The position numbers and the translations under genes are program-made. This document shows, piece after piece, positions 1 to 9,343 of a stretch of DNA of 34,773 bases; the first letter of the stretch is position 1; every line of letters begins with the position of its first letter. The notes below the pieces were generated by a model that saw only the letters and a list, made by a program, of their open reading frames with translations, was not told the origin of the DNA and made no database searches. The stretch is taken from the IMG/VR virus record IMGVR_UViG_3300046778_000343, positions 1 through 34,773 of that record; one strand, 5' to 3'. This stretch comes from a virus (lineage: Duplodnaviria > Caudoviricetes).

Positions 1-834
1 ATGCTCGTACTCGATTCTTTATTAGCTACCTATACCACCCGCCCTGCCTACTATGTTCGCTTTGGCAACCACGGTTGCCTGTTCGATCTGCGTATCAACG
101 ATGTCTATACCGAGAAGATGACTTACCCCGGCCGCATCGGAAGCACGATAGAACCCATCAATACCGAAATCTTACGCAGCGGCACCAACAAAGTAAGCTT
201 GCGTATCTACCCATTCCCCGGCGAGCAGGTAATAACCGAACAAAAGCCGTTTCACCTCGAGATTATTTACAAAGACTTTGCCCTTCCCGCAGGCAAGCGC
301 CCCTGGCATAGTGTATTGCAAATGCCTGCAATCACCGTCCCTGCAGAAGGCTTGCCGTATTACGAGTACGAAGCCGAATTTGAAGCTGAAGTACCCTATC
401 AGGTAACTGGTTGGAGCGATTGCATCGATCTACGCAAAGTACCCAATATTGAGCAAAAGCTAGTAACAGAGTTTAAACGCATCCGCCAGCTGATGGTCGA
501 CCACAAGTTTGAAGATCTACGAAAAATGCTCGAAACCAAGCATTACGATATAGGTGTACCCCTCTATCAGTCCTCAGCATATAGGGAAGAGCTTTGGGAA
601 GAATACATTGCCGATATAAAAGAAGCCGAAGCTGACGAATGGCAGCCTATCGAAGACTACGAGCTGGTGTTTTATGCCGATGGCAGACTGGTAACCCTTG
701 AATCAAAGAAGAAAAAAGGTTTTCCGAGTGCCATTGTTTGGATAAAGAGTGGTGGGGGACGTTACCGATATTGCTATTTTGACATGCGTTTAGGCATACG
801 CAAAGGCACCGACAAGTTTGTTCCGATACGCTAA
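1..834 (+). CDS. Host lipoprotein paralog, copy 1 (5' part probably upstream of window)
   Basis: Near-identical to the ORF ending at 1771; position 1 aligns with an internal part of copy 2 (about 938), so the signal peptide lies outside the window or is missing. Confidence 0.85.
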   Translation: MLVLDSLLATYTTRPAYYVRFGNHGCLFDLRINDVYTEKMTYPGRIGSTIEPINTEILRSGTNKVSLRIYPFPGEQVITEQKPFHLEIIYKDFALPAGKRPWHSVLQMPAITVPAEGLPYYEYEAEFEAEVPYQVTGWSDCIDLRKVPNIEQKLVTEFKRIRQLMVDHKFEDLRKMLETKHYDIGVPLYQSSAYREELWEEYIADIKEAEADEWQPIEDYELVFYADGRLVTLESKKKKGFPSAIVWIKSGGGRYRYCYFDMRLGIRKGTDKFVPIR

Positions 835-841
835 TGATTCG

Positions 842-1771
842 ATGATTATGACAAAATACAGTATTGTACTATTTCTTTTTCTGAGCATCTTCACAGCTGG
901 CAGTTGTCAGCAGCAGACAGATCGTTCATCCGCCCCCCTCGTCGTACTCGATTCTTTATTGGCTACCTATACCACCCGCCCTGTCTACTATGTTCGCTTT
1001 GGCAACCACGGTTGCCTGTTTGATTTGCGCATCAACGATGTCTATACCGAGAAGATGACCTACCCTAGCCGCATCGGAGGCACGATAAAACCCATCAATA
1101 CCGAAATCTTACGCAGCGGCACCAACAAAGTAAGTTTGCGTATCTACCCATTCCCTGGCGAGCAGGCAATAACCGAGCAAAAGCCGTTTCACCTCGAGAT
1201 TATTTACAAAGACTTTGCCCTTCCCGCAGGCAAGCGCCCTTGGCATAGCGTATTGCAAATGCCTGCAATCACCGTTCCTGCAGAAGGCTTGCCGTATTAC
1301 GAGTACGAAGCCGAGTTTGAAGCTGAAGTACCCTATCAGGTAAGCGGTTGGAGCGATTGCATCGATCTACGCAAAGTACCCAATATTGAGCAAAAGGTAG
1401 TAGCAGAATTTAAACGCATCCGCCAACTGATGGTCGACCACAAATTTGAAGAAATCAGAGCAATGAACCAGTTTAAAAATTACGATATAGCTGTACCCCT
1501 CTATCAATCGTCAGCATACGAATGGAAGCTTTGGGAAGAATACATTGCCGATATAAAAGAAGCCGAAGCTGACGAATGGCAGCCTATCGAAGACTACGAG
1601 CTGGTGTTTTATGCCGATGGCAGATTGGTAACCCTTGAGTCAAAAAAAGAACGTGGTTTTCCGAGTGCTTTGGGGTGGATTAAATACAGTGAGGATACTT
1701 ACCGATATTGTTATTTTGACATGCGTTTAGGCATACGCAAAGGCACCGACAAGTTTGTTCCGATACGCTAA
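842..1771 (+). CDS. Host lipoprotein paralog, copy 2 (unknown function; possible immunity-type protein)
   Basis: ATG at 842/848; hydrophobic signal peptide with lipobox-like end (SIFTAGS-C-QQQ); 937-bp tandem period. Confidence 0.85.
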   Translation: MIMTKYSIVLFLFLSIFTAGSCQQQTDRSSAPLVVLDSLLATYTTRPVYYVRFGNHGCLFDLRINDVYTEKMTYPSRIGGTIKPINTEILRSGTNKVSLRIYPFPGEQAITEQKPFHLEIIYKDFALPAGKRPWHSVLQMPAITVPAEGLPYYEYEAEFEAEVPYQVSGWSDCIDLRKVPNIEQKVVAEFKRIRQLMVDHKFEEIRAMNQFKNYDIAVPLYQSSAYEWKLWEEYIADIKEAEADEWQPIEDYELVFYADGRLVTLESKKERGFPSALGWIKYSEDTYRYCYFDMRLGIRKGTDKFVPIR

Positions 1772-1778
1772 TGATTCG

Positions 1779-1928
1779 ATGATTATGACAAAATACAGTA
1801 TTGTACTATTTCTTTTTCTGAGCATCTTCACAGCTGGCAGTTGTCAGCAGCAGGCAGATCGTTCATCCGCCCCCCTCGTCGTCCTCGATTCTTTATTGGC
1901 TACCTATACTACCCGCCCTGCCTACTAT
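1779..1928 (+). pseudogene. Host lipoprotein paralog, copy 3, interrupted by prophage insertion
   Basis: Matches copies 1/2 through ...CCTACTAT (1928), then diverges abruptly and reads into phage DNA to a stop at 1958. Confidence 0.9.
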
Positions 1929-1936
1929 TTATTATT

Positions 1937-1980
1937 GCCAAAACCACTTGTACACTAACCTAAAACCATTTGTACATAAA
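1937..1980 (+). repeat. Two tandem 22-bp terminal repeats, putative transposase-binding sites
   Basis: GCCAAAACCACTTGTACACTAA (1937-1958) and CCTAAAACCATTTGTACATAAA (1959-1980), 17/22 identical, 8 bp from the host junction; resembles adjacent Mu R1/R2 sites. Confidence 0.75.
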
Positions 1981-2040
1981 AAATTGAGACCGCAACAAGT
2001 TGTATAGCCCTCAAACCTACCTAAAAACGCACACGCCACC

Positions 2041-2080
2041 AAATGTAGAAAGTCTCATCACTGTGAGACTTTCTACATTT
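2041..2080. terminator. Perfect 17-bp inverted repeat, probable terminator of the tail operon
   Basis: AAATGTAGAAAGTCTCA-tcactg-TGAGACTTTCTACATTT, 16 bp downstream of the stop at 2097. Confidence 0.7.
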
Positions 2081-2096
2081 AAAGGTCATTTAAATA

Positions 2097-4664
2097 CTAT
2101 TTTAATACATTCATCGCATATGGCAATATACGCTCTGCCATTGCTTCCATACCAGCATCTCCCGCGTGATTGGCAACACCCGCATGTGTTATTTCGTGCC
2201 ACACACCATCGTCGCCTAATACAAGCGTGCCAATAGCTGACTTGTATTCTGCCTTGTCGAGGTCTTGAAAATCGATAAAAGGAATGTTACCGAAAGAGTC
2301 AACGGCCGCCTTTAATTTGGCTTGTTTGGCTTGGTGTGTCAAAAACACACCGCCGAAAATAATCGGAACATTTGGCACTTTGCCTCGTATATAATTGATA
2401 AGCGTTTTCGTATCTTCCGTCAATGTGGATGTATTCGGATTATTTTCACCTATTCTTATTATCACCAACTCGGTGTCGGGTTGCAAATAAGGGTTAATCC
2501 GTGAGTAATCGAAGTTAGCAGCATTTAATTCCCAGCCCTCATTACCATTTATATTTTCGGCGATCGAGCAAGGAGAAATAGTCGCTAAAACTCCTTTACT
2601 CATTAACTTTTCCATTAATTGGTGAACCCAATCCTTCTCTTTGCGGGTTGCCGCCATACCACAAAGCGACCACCACAAGCCCGCCATAATAGGGTGTACA
2701 TCGAAGCTATTACCAAAAACGGATACCTTTTTAGATGCTACTTTTTGCCATGCTGTTTGCCCGTTGTTGTCAATGGTTTGCTTCCATCGTGTGCCGTCGG
2801 GCGACAGCATGTAAAGATCATTAAATGTAAGCCCATTTACTGTTGTCTCGATATTAGATAATTGCACTTGCACCTCCGACAATTCTTTTTTTGAAGCTAA
2901 AGAACTTGTTATTATCCGCTTGCCCTCGATCTCGTACTTGAATATAATCTCGTCGGCCTCAACATTCAACTGAATGTCATTTGCGACACTTTCTAAGTGT
3001 ATGCCGTCGGTGTTATAGCCTACGCTCAACGCTGTTTTAAAAAATAATCGTTGATTGTCTGACAAAGCGATGTTTGGGAAGTGAATTTCAGACAGCCCCG
3101 CCGCTGGAATATTAACCGTATATTCTTCATCAACAATAGCCCAGTTTCTTTGGTCAATTATCCCGACTCCTATTTTTATTTCGCCCGCCGTTTCGGTGTC
3201 AATCCAAAGGCGTTTTACATTGCCATTGAAAGAGAAAGGCGAGGCGTTGAAAGTTACCGATTTATCGGGGTTCATTGCCTTATATCCACTTGTCGGGGCT
3301 ATTAAGCCTTGATAAAACAAGCCTTTTGCATAGCCGTGTACATTTACATCGACATCGGTTGTCGGGTTTGATTTCAAAGTATAGGATAACCCGACCCATC
3401 CTTTCATATTAGTACCCGCAAAAGCGGCATAAGGAACTGGAAACTGCAAAAAACGACAATCAAAATCTTGATGATTGATTCTAAAACCGAATTTTGAAGT
3501 ATCTTTATAAAAGCCGAGATATTGACCTTTTAAGCCGTGCATCGAAGCATCAGCCGTCCAAAGCCCCGCATGGTCTGACTTCATTACGACTCTGTCAACT
3601 TCGTATAATTTACCATCTACCAACTCGCCTAAAACGACGTGTATATCCGTGTTTGGTTGGACATTCGCCGTAAGCGATGTTATTTCACCGCTTGACGGTA
3701 ATTGTAAGAGCGAGGCGGTTGTCAACACATCAGCCCCACCTTCTCCAAAACCGGCACTTGCCCGAATCAGTTTATCAGACATCACAGTCCCTTTTACGCT
3801 TTCAAAAGCAACACTTTCCACTTTATTAGATACTGTATCTATATGCGTTACATCGTTAGGGGTGATAAGGGCATAAGCCATTACCGCGTCGTATTGCTCA
3901 GATAAACCGCCGTTATTTAGATTTATCACATACATTTTTGGCTTTAGCGTTTCGGGCTCATCTGTTTTATAATACACATTGCCATTTAAGCCGAATCGTT
4001 CGTAAGGCTGCAATTTTATAGGATTGTCGAATAAAATATCTTGTATTGTCGCCTCACCCTCTGGCTGGTCTATTGTTGTAATAAATTCGTAAGATTTTGC
4101 ACGTATGTTGACTTTATACAGATTAAATTTTCCTTTGTTCCGCACTTTGAGCCGTAAGCCTAAAATCGTTTCGGCATAATAATCTATACACCAAATATAC
4201 GAGGTAAAGTTGTCTGTAAACTTATTCGTGTTAGACAATGGGAATGCGGGCTGATAGGTTAATTGTTGCTTAACCTTAATTAAATCGGGCTCTACGACAA
4301 CATCGGACGGGAAAGCGGTTAAACCCGTATCAGCCCAAGACTTTGTACCGTCATCTTTAACTTCACATTGCCAAATCGTGCCCGTTGCTGTTACTTTTGC
4401 CGCCCATCCCGTTTTTGCGTCGGGATATGTGGTATATAAAGCAGCTGAGGTCGGCACTTCGGGTTTATATATAAGGCTCGCCCCTACGTTCGCAAGGTCG
4501 CCCTTACTTGCTTTATCATTCAATGCGTCATTCAACCCCAACACTTGAGATTGTGGCAAACGCTCCGATTTATGCCAAAATGAACCCCATGTTTGTTTAT
4601 ATTGGTCTTCAGTAGGATAAAAACCTCTTTTAAACCATCCAAATATTTGTTCTAAACTTGCCAT
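2097..4664 (-). CDS. Tail fibre/receptor-binding protein with C-terminal SGNH/GDSL hydrolase domain
   Basis: Bacteroidota fibre-type N-terminus (WFKRGFYPTEDQY...SFWHK); LSPDGTRW neck; SGNH blocks FGNS, RIGEN, GVANH; last gene of tail operon. Confidence 0.8.
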   Translation of the reverse strand: MASLEQIFGWFKRGFYPTEDQYKQTWGSFWHKSERLPQSQVLGLNDALNDKASKGDLANVGASLIYKPEVPTSAALYTTYPDAKTGWAAKVTATGTIWQCEVKDDGTKSWADTGLTAFPSDVVVEPDLIKVKQQLTYQPAFPLSNTNKFTDNFTSYIWCIDYYAETILGLRLKVRNKGKFNLYKVNIRAKSYEFITTIDQPEGEATIQDILFDNPIKLQPYERFGLNGNVYYKTDEPETLKPKMYVINLNNGGLSEQYDAVMAYALITPNDVTHIDTVSNKVESVAFESVKGTVMSDKLIRASAGFGEGGADVLTTASLLQLPSSGEITSLTANVQPNTDIHVVLGELVDGKLYEVDRVVMKSDHAGLWTADASMHGLKGQYLGFYKDTSKFGFRINHQDFDCRFLQFPVPYAAFAGTNMKGWVGLSYTLKSNPTTDVDVNVHGYAKGLFYQGLIAPTSGYKAMNPDKSVTFNASPFSFNGNVKRLWIDTETAGEIKIGVGIIDQRNWAIVDEEYTVNIPAAGLSEIHFPNIALSDNQRLFFKTALSVGYNTDGIHLESVANDIQLNVEADEIIFKYEIEGKRIITSSLASKKELSEVQVQLSNIETTVNGLTFNDLYMLSPDGTRWKQTIDNNGQTAWQKVASKKVSVFGNSFDVHPIMAGLWWSLCGMAATRKEKDWVHQLMEKLMSKGVLATISPCSIAENINGNEGWELNAANFDYSRINPYLQPDTELVIIRIGENNPNTSTLTEDTKTLINYIRGKVPNVPIIFGGVFLTHQAKQAKLKAAVDSFGNIPFIDFQDLDKAEYKSAIGTLVLGDDGVWHEITHAGVANHAGDAGMEAMAERILPYAMNVLK

Positions 4665-4667
4665 TGC

Positions 4668-5585
4668 TTATTGTTTTATTTTCATTATATATGCCACCGT
4701 AAAGAATGGAGGTCTATTTTCGTGAGCCTCGTTTTTACCCACTTTTCTTATGGTTGCCTCTTCCCATTGTGGTGCTGTCATTCCTCCTACACGATACTCT
4801 GCATCTGGTGTTTTATCATCTATTGACCCCGGAGTATTTGTTGCATCAACATCGGCTGCCCTAGCTGATAGTTTATTAAAGGATGTACGGTCTCTATCTG
4901 TATGGTCATGTTCGGGTAATTCGTCAACTGATAGTTGGACTTTTTCTTTTCCTCCTTTTTTTCCAATTGCGTTATAATCATCTGTTTGGTTATCATAACC
5001 GACAACAAATAACTTTCTCATATCGGGCAAAGCAAATCCCGTCAAACCATCACTACCATGGATAGTACCTATGACTGTATGTAGTTCTTTGTAATCTTCA
5101 ATTGATAGCATTTCACCATTACAAAGTTTATAATTGGAGGGTATCTTATCTAAATAACCGACCCACATTTCAATTACTCCCAGCGGTGTACCTTTGATTG
5201 ATTCGATACGTTTTTCCAATTCGGTATTCGTCAATACTTGTTTGAAGTCGCCCCAATTGTATGGTCCATTGTCCGAAAAAACGACACTGCGTTTTGTCCT
5301 AGCTTCGGGATATTCCACTCCAAAAGCCATCAATGTTTCTTTTACCTCCTTGATAGTGAGTTTATCTTTTTTATTGCCACCCTCGAAATTATAGGGCATA
5401 CCATCAATCACAATAATGCCGTCACTGACCACACCCGCACGGTCAACACAACCCGACATTATATAATTCTCACCTCCGAGTTTTGCAGCTGCCGTGCCTC
5501 CCATCTTGGCAATGCCCTGCAACATATCCATCGTTTGCGAGGTATTCGGAAAATCTGCTTTGCCTAAAAAATTGATGCTATCCAT
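4668..5585 (-). CDS. Tail fibre protein with tail-collar domain
   Basis: Collar motif PLGVIEMW..PSNYKLCNG..Y.EL..VIG..FALPDMR; C-terminal HENRPPFFTVAYIMK. Confidence 0.85.
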   Translation of the reverse strand: MDSINFLGKADFPNTSQTMDMLQGIAKMGGTAAAKLGGENYIMSGCVDRAGVVSDGIIVIDGMPYNFEGGNKKDKLTIKEVKETLMAFGVEYPEARTKRSVVFSDNGPYNWGDFKQVLTNTELEKRIESIKGTPLGVIEMWVGYLDKIPSNYKLCNGEMLSIEDYKELHTVIGTIHGSDGLTGFALPDMRKLFVVGYDNQTDDYNAIGKKGGKEKVQLSVDELPEHDHTDRDRTSFNKLSARAADVDATNTPGSIDDKTPDAEYRVGGMTAPQWEEATIRKVGKNEAHENRPPFFTVAYIMKIKQ

Positions 5586-6078
5586 TTATTATAATGTATT
5601 TTGTAGATGCTAGTTTATTATTATTTACAAGTGCCTCCACTTGGTTTCTGTCATTATTTGAAAGTATATACCCAACAGGAAAAATAATCTCAAAATCTGC
5701 ATTATTTGCTCCTATTTGCCAATCTTTATTGAGCATATAGAGTTTGAATGTTTCGAGTTGGGTTTCATCATATATCATATTCGGTTTATTGGCCTGGTCC
5801 TGCCACAATAAATAATAATCTTTATTCAATGATGCCGTCCTAACTTTGATACGCCGCTCGTAATAATCGAAATAATCATTGAGTTTTGCTCTCATATAAC
5901 ATATTTGAGAATTTACCGATGTATCAATAGAGTAACGATATGCTCCAAAATCTTCATTCATTATCTCCAATGGTCGCATAAATGCAGCCATAAAAGCAAT
6001 AATTGTCTTTTGACGAATAATGAAAGGCAAAAGGAGCAAAGCCACCCGTGAATAACTGATATTATATATATTCTTCAT
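5578..6078 (-). CDS. Baseplate protein (gpI/gp48-position wedge component)
   Basis: Lies between the baseplate J-like gene and the fibre; overlapping start/stop. Confidence 0.6.
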   Translation of the reverse strand: MKNIYNISYSRVALLLLPFIIRQKTIIAFMAAFMRPLEIMNEDFGAYRYSIDTSVNSQICYMRAKLNDYFDYYERRIKVRTASLNKDYYLLWQDQANKPNMIYDETQLETFKLYMLNKDWQIGANNADFEIIFPVGYILSNNDRNQVEALVNNNKLASTKYIIING

Positions 6079-6934
6079 GAGCTATAAAGTTTAATATCAA
6101 GTTTTCATCCGTTATTGCGTAATAACCTGCATGTGGCACACTTCGTGCATTGATGGGTCTAAATTCGGTATATGTGCCATATTTTGATGCTGCCGATATC
6201 AATTCGGCTTGCTCAACCCCGGACACATTTTGCAACACATCTATGAGTGATTGATTGGTATATAAACCATTGAAAGAAAGATTGCTTAGATAATTTCGGA
6301 TCGCTTCTTGTGCCGGTTGTGTATTCATACCGTCCAATCGTTGGCCCTCACTATCCAATACCAAAGCATCATAATAAATATCTATTTCCAAACGCATTTG
6401 GTCAGCTGGTGCATTTATTATCTCAATTCGCACACCCGCATCGGCGACTTCCTCATTTAAATAGGATTTAAACGCAATTAATTGATTATTATTCAAGGGT
6501 TGTTTTACACCGTTTTGCTCAGTTGCAATCTTTACATACAATATGCTTTTGTCCTTGGGTTGCATGGCAGCTGCAAATTTGACTATTCGTGATGCTTCGA
6601 TTTGTGCCTCTGCCAACCCCGTATTGTCGTAATAATCTGAATCGGTAACAAGGGTTCGTCCAAATTGAAATCGTTTGGCCATCATGGCATACCATTGGTT
6701 TTTATGGGCTTTATTGTTATACAAAGTTTCGGAGATATCCTTTTTATGTTGGTCAAAAAGTTGGAAACTAAGCCATACGGCTGTTGCTACAATAAAAAAC
6801 CAAATACTTTCTATTGTTACCGCTGGGAAACGTTCATCAAAGGTGTGCCCGTCCTTTATCTCATATTTTTCTATAATAACGGGGTCAGCCATAAAAGCAT
6901 CCGTCATTGTTTTTTTTACCTCTGCAATAGTCAT
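6062..6934 (-). CDS. Baseplate J-like protein
   Basis: WY.M.KRFQFG and DAGVRI motifs of Bacteroidota myophage baseplate proteins; synteny. Confidence 0.7.
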   Translation of the reverse strand: MTIAEVKKTMTDAFMADPVIIEKYEIKDGHTFDERFPAVTIESIWFFIVATAVWLSFQLFDQHKKDISETLYNNKAHKNQWYAMMAKRFQFGRTLVTDSDYYDNTGLAEAQIEASRIVKFAAAMQPKDKSILYVKIATEQNGVKQPLNNNQLIAFKSYLNEEVADAGVRIEIINAPADQMRLEIDIYYDALVLDSEGQRLDGMNTQPAQEAIRNYLSNLSFNGLYTNQSLIDVLQNVSGVEQAELISAASKYGTYTEFRPINARSVPHAGYYAITDENLILNFIAHEEYI

Positions 6935-7212
6935 GATACAATATTGTTTTCTTCAATAGCCATATACCCGATACCCGACAATGTCAATATTTCTTGACCC
7001 GAAAATGTGGCGGGTCTTATGTTTTTTACTCTGTAATAGTCAATTATTTGTTCATCCTTTGACTCATCTGCATTCATGTCATGTCCGGGCAATATCTCAC
7101 CCGTGATGCTTAACTCGTTGTTCAGAGCCAAAGCAAACACCGATTCCACAGACCCACCCATTTGGATAGCGAGGTCAAACAAACTTTGTTGTATTACAGT
7201 TTTTGTTTTCAT
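6931..7212 (-). CDS. LysM/tail-X-like small baseplate protein
   Basis: QSLFDLAIQMGGSVE..F.LA.NN LysM-like pattern; C-terminal GIGYMAIE. Confidence 0.7.
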   Translation of the reverse strand: MKTKTVIQQSLFDLAIQMGGSVESVFALALNNELSITGEILPGHDMNADESKDEQIIDYYRVKNIRPATFSGQEILTLSGIGYMAIEENNIVS

Positions 7213-7724
7213 TTCAATAGTTTCTTAATGCCCCATATTGCCCCCCAAATGCCTAAAGCTGTCAAGACAATACCCGATATCAGTTTTTGCCACCAACTGG
7301 GTGATGTCGTTATTTCTTCATTTTGTTCGTTTTGGGTCTTGATATGTTGCTTGCCCTTATCTTCAATATTCAGTTCCTCCGATTGTGATGTTTCCGATTC
7401 CGTATTTTCTTTTATATCCTCCTCGGTTTCTTTGGTTAGGTCCACATTTGTTTCCTCCTTGATGGGAGGTTTGCCCGTTTCGGGGTCAATGGGTTTATCC
7501 GTGTCATATTTTACTTGATTGACTTTGATATTCAGTTTTTCTCGGATAACCTTTTCCAATGCTTGGCTTATAGCCTCATTCAACTTTGCATCATAGTTTA
7601 ATTGTAAGTCATTGACTATGTTTTTATCTTCTTTCTGTTTGGTCTGCAATGCTGTATCTTTTGGAGCTTTGCATGAGAAAAAAGCGAGGCAAGCCAATAA
7701 TATAAATATGTATCTAGTTTTCAT
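7209..7724 (-). CDS. Putative unimolecular spanin (lipoprotein with C-terminal TM helix)
   Basis: ATG 7724 overlaps the endolysin stop (ATGA); signal peptide LLACLAFFS-C; C-terminal TM (LISGIVLTALGIWGAIWGI-KK); third gene of lysis cassette. Confidence 0.7.
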   Translation of the reverse strand: MKTRYIFILLACLAFFSCKAPKDTALQTKQKEDKNIVNDLQLNYDAKLNEAISQALEKVIREKLNIKVNQVKYDTDKPIDPETGKPPIKEETNVDLTKETEEDIKENTESETSQSEELNIEDKGKQHIKTQNEQNEEITTSPSWWQKLISGIVLTALGIWGAIWGIKKLLK

Positions 7725-8140
7725 AATTCTGCTTTTACGTTGAAACTTGGGCATGCTTTATTTGCAAATTCATTGTGTCCATGAATCGTTGCATTTGGGT
7801 GTTTTTGTTGAAGTTCCACCACCAATTCTCGCAATGCTTTCTTTTGAGCATCGGTGCGGGTATCTTTCGGCGTTTTCCCGTCAGCGGCACACCCTCCGAC
7901 ATAAGCAATACCAATCGAATTTTTATTTTGTCCGAGTGTATGTGCTCCTATTCGTTCAATTGGTCGCCCCTCATGTACCGAGCCATCCAAATAAATAACA
8001 TAATGATACCCGATATCGGACCATCCGCGACCACCTTTTGAGGTTGGCAGGGTATGCCATTGTCTCACATCAGTAACGGTAAAATGTTTGCCCTCGGGCG
8101 TCGCCAAACAATGGATTATTATTTTGTCAATTAGTCTCAT
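7721..8140 (-). CDS. Endolysin, N-acetylmuramoyl-L-alanine amidase (T7 lysozyme-like)
   Basis: IIIHC, GWSDIGYHY, GAH..G.N..SIGI, HGHNEF..KACP zinc-amidase motifs. Confidence 0.95.
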   Translation of the reverse strand: MRLIDKIIIHCLATPEGKHFTVTDVRQWHTLPTSKGGRGWSDIGYHYVIYLDGSVHEGRPIERIGAHTLGQNKNSIGIAYVGGCAADGKTPKDTRTDAQKKALRELVVELQQKHPNATIHGHNEFANKACPSFNVKAEL

Positions 8141-8463
8141 TAGTCTTTTTTTCTTAGTTTACAATCCAAAACCGTACATTTAAAGCGCTTCATTTGTGAT
8201 AAATCCTTTTTCACTCGGTTGAGTGCTTCTTCCATATTTGCCACATAGTCACGCATTTTCGACATATTTTCGCGCAAATAATCACATTCGCCGCGTATGT
8301 CTTTTATTGTGTCCTGATACACTTCTTGCACCGCTTTCATGGCTTGTGCCTCGGCTTGCCTTTTGGTTGCACGACGTGTCAGTAAATTAGTTCCTCCAAC
8401 TAATCCGAGAGCTCCAAGGATGGTTTCAAAATTGGAGGAAATGAAAGTCCATAACTCATTCAT
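8140..8463 (-). CDS. Putative holin (N-terminal hydrophobic helix plus coiled coil)
   Basis: Directly upstream of endolysin; ILGALGLVGG segment followed by coiled coil. Confidence 0.55.
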   Translation of the reverse strand: MNELWTFISSNFETILGALGLVGGTNLLTRRATKRQAEAQAMKAVQEVYQDTIKDIRGECDYLRENMSKMRDYVANMEEALNRVKKDLSQMKRFKCTVLDCKLRKKD

Positions 8464-8747
8464 ATACTTTTTCTGTTTATAATTGTCTCAAACTCGGACT
8501 TTATCTCATCAAACTTGATACCCACCCGTTCCAAACCTATTTCGATTGTTTTTCGGATTTTCTCTTTATTCTCACGTCCGCGTATCATTCTCACAAGGTT
8601 TACACCTGCCAATGGGTCTTCTTTGAGGTCGCCTTGATTCATTGACAATACCATGAAAGCATCTTGCATTTTCCGCTCGCCAATCTTCATTGTACCGCCC
8701 TCAATCTTCAAGTCGTTGTCATCATCCAATAAAATGCCTCGTCTCAT
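8460..8747 (-). CDS. Baseplate wedge protein (gp46/GPW-like)
   Basis: ILLD...DL...G.LKEDPLAGV pattern; follows the spike gene. Confidence 0.6.
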   Translation of the reverse strand: MRRGILLDDDNDLKIEGGTMKIGERKMQDAFMVLSMNQGDLKEDPLAGVNLVRMIRGRENKEKIRKTIEIGLERVGIKFDEIKSEFETIINRKSI

Positions 8748-8794
8748 ATTTATTATTCCATTTTACAGGTTTCACAAAACGGTCTGCGACCGCA

Positions 8795-9319
8795 TCAGTG
8801 TGTAATTTTAGTATCCTCAATATCCGTTTGTTTGGTTACGATTATTGTTTGCCCCGTCCATGCCGTTATTGCCGTTTTTAGAGCTGCACCGCCATCATTC
8901 GGCATCGGCACCCATGTTGAAAATATGTTTTTGAGCAAATTCAAATCTTTTTCCAATACATTTATTTTATTTGTCAGTTCCTTAATCTTTACCAATCCGA
9001 AATTGTCGCCACCATTATACACCATGTTTGTGGCTTTTATTTCGACAAGTTCCACGACCTCGGCATTGATAAGAAATGTGACCACTTCTTGCCCGTCAAT
9101 AACCCCGATTAAGCAAAGCGAATTGATTGCAGGTTTTATATCTATGTATCCAAACCCAAGCATGACATCCAAATATTCCACACCGTCGCCCGTTCCTTTG
9201 GCATCCATCGTTTTGTTTTCCCAATCGACCGATACACATTCCACAAATCGGATTTGCGATTGTTTGACACCATCCGCATTTCGTTTTATATTGCTTACTA
9301 ACTTATCTATTGCATCCAT
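8795..9319 (-). CDS. Baseplate central spike (gpV/gp45-like)
   Basis: N-terminal OB-fold-like region; NGG.NFGLVKI, P.DGGAAL motifs; terminal His; follows the hub gene. Confidence 0.65.
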   Translation of the reverse strand: MDAIDKLVSNIKRNADGVKQSQIRFVECVSVDWENKTMDAKGTGDGVEYLDVMLGFGYIDIKPAINSLCLIGVIDGQEVVTFLINAEVVELVEIKATNMVYNGGDNFGLVKIKELTNKINVLEKDLNLLKNIFSTWVPMPNDGGAALKTAITAWTGQTIIVTKQTDIEDTKITH

Positions 9320-9343
9320 ATCAATTTTATATTGTGCGTCAGC

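Larger units (their letters stand above)
1..1928 (+). repeat. Tandem gene-length repeat, 937-bp unit
   Basis: Stops at 834 and 1771 and starts at 842 and 1779 are each 937 bp apart; junction sequences are identical. Confidence 0.95.

Noticed and set aside
1937-2006. CRISPR array
   Set aside because: Two abutting repeats without spacers and no cas genes; better explained as transposase sites.
2097-5585. Diversity-generating retroelement or invertible tail-fibre cassette
   Set aside because: No reverse transcriptase, invertase, template/variable repeat pair or flanking inverted sites seen in the window.
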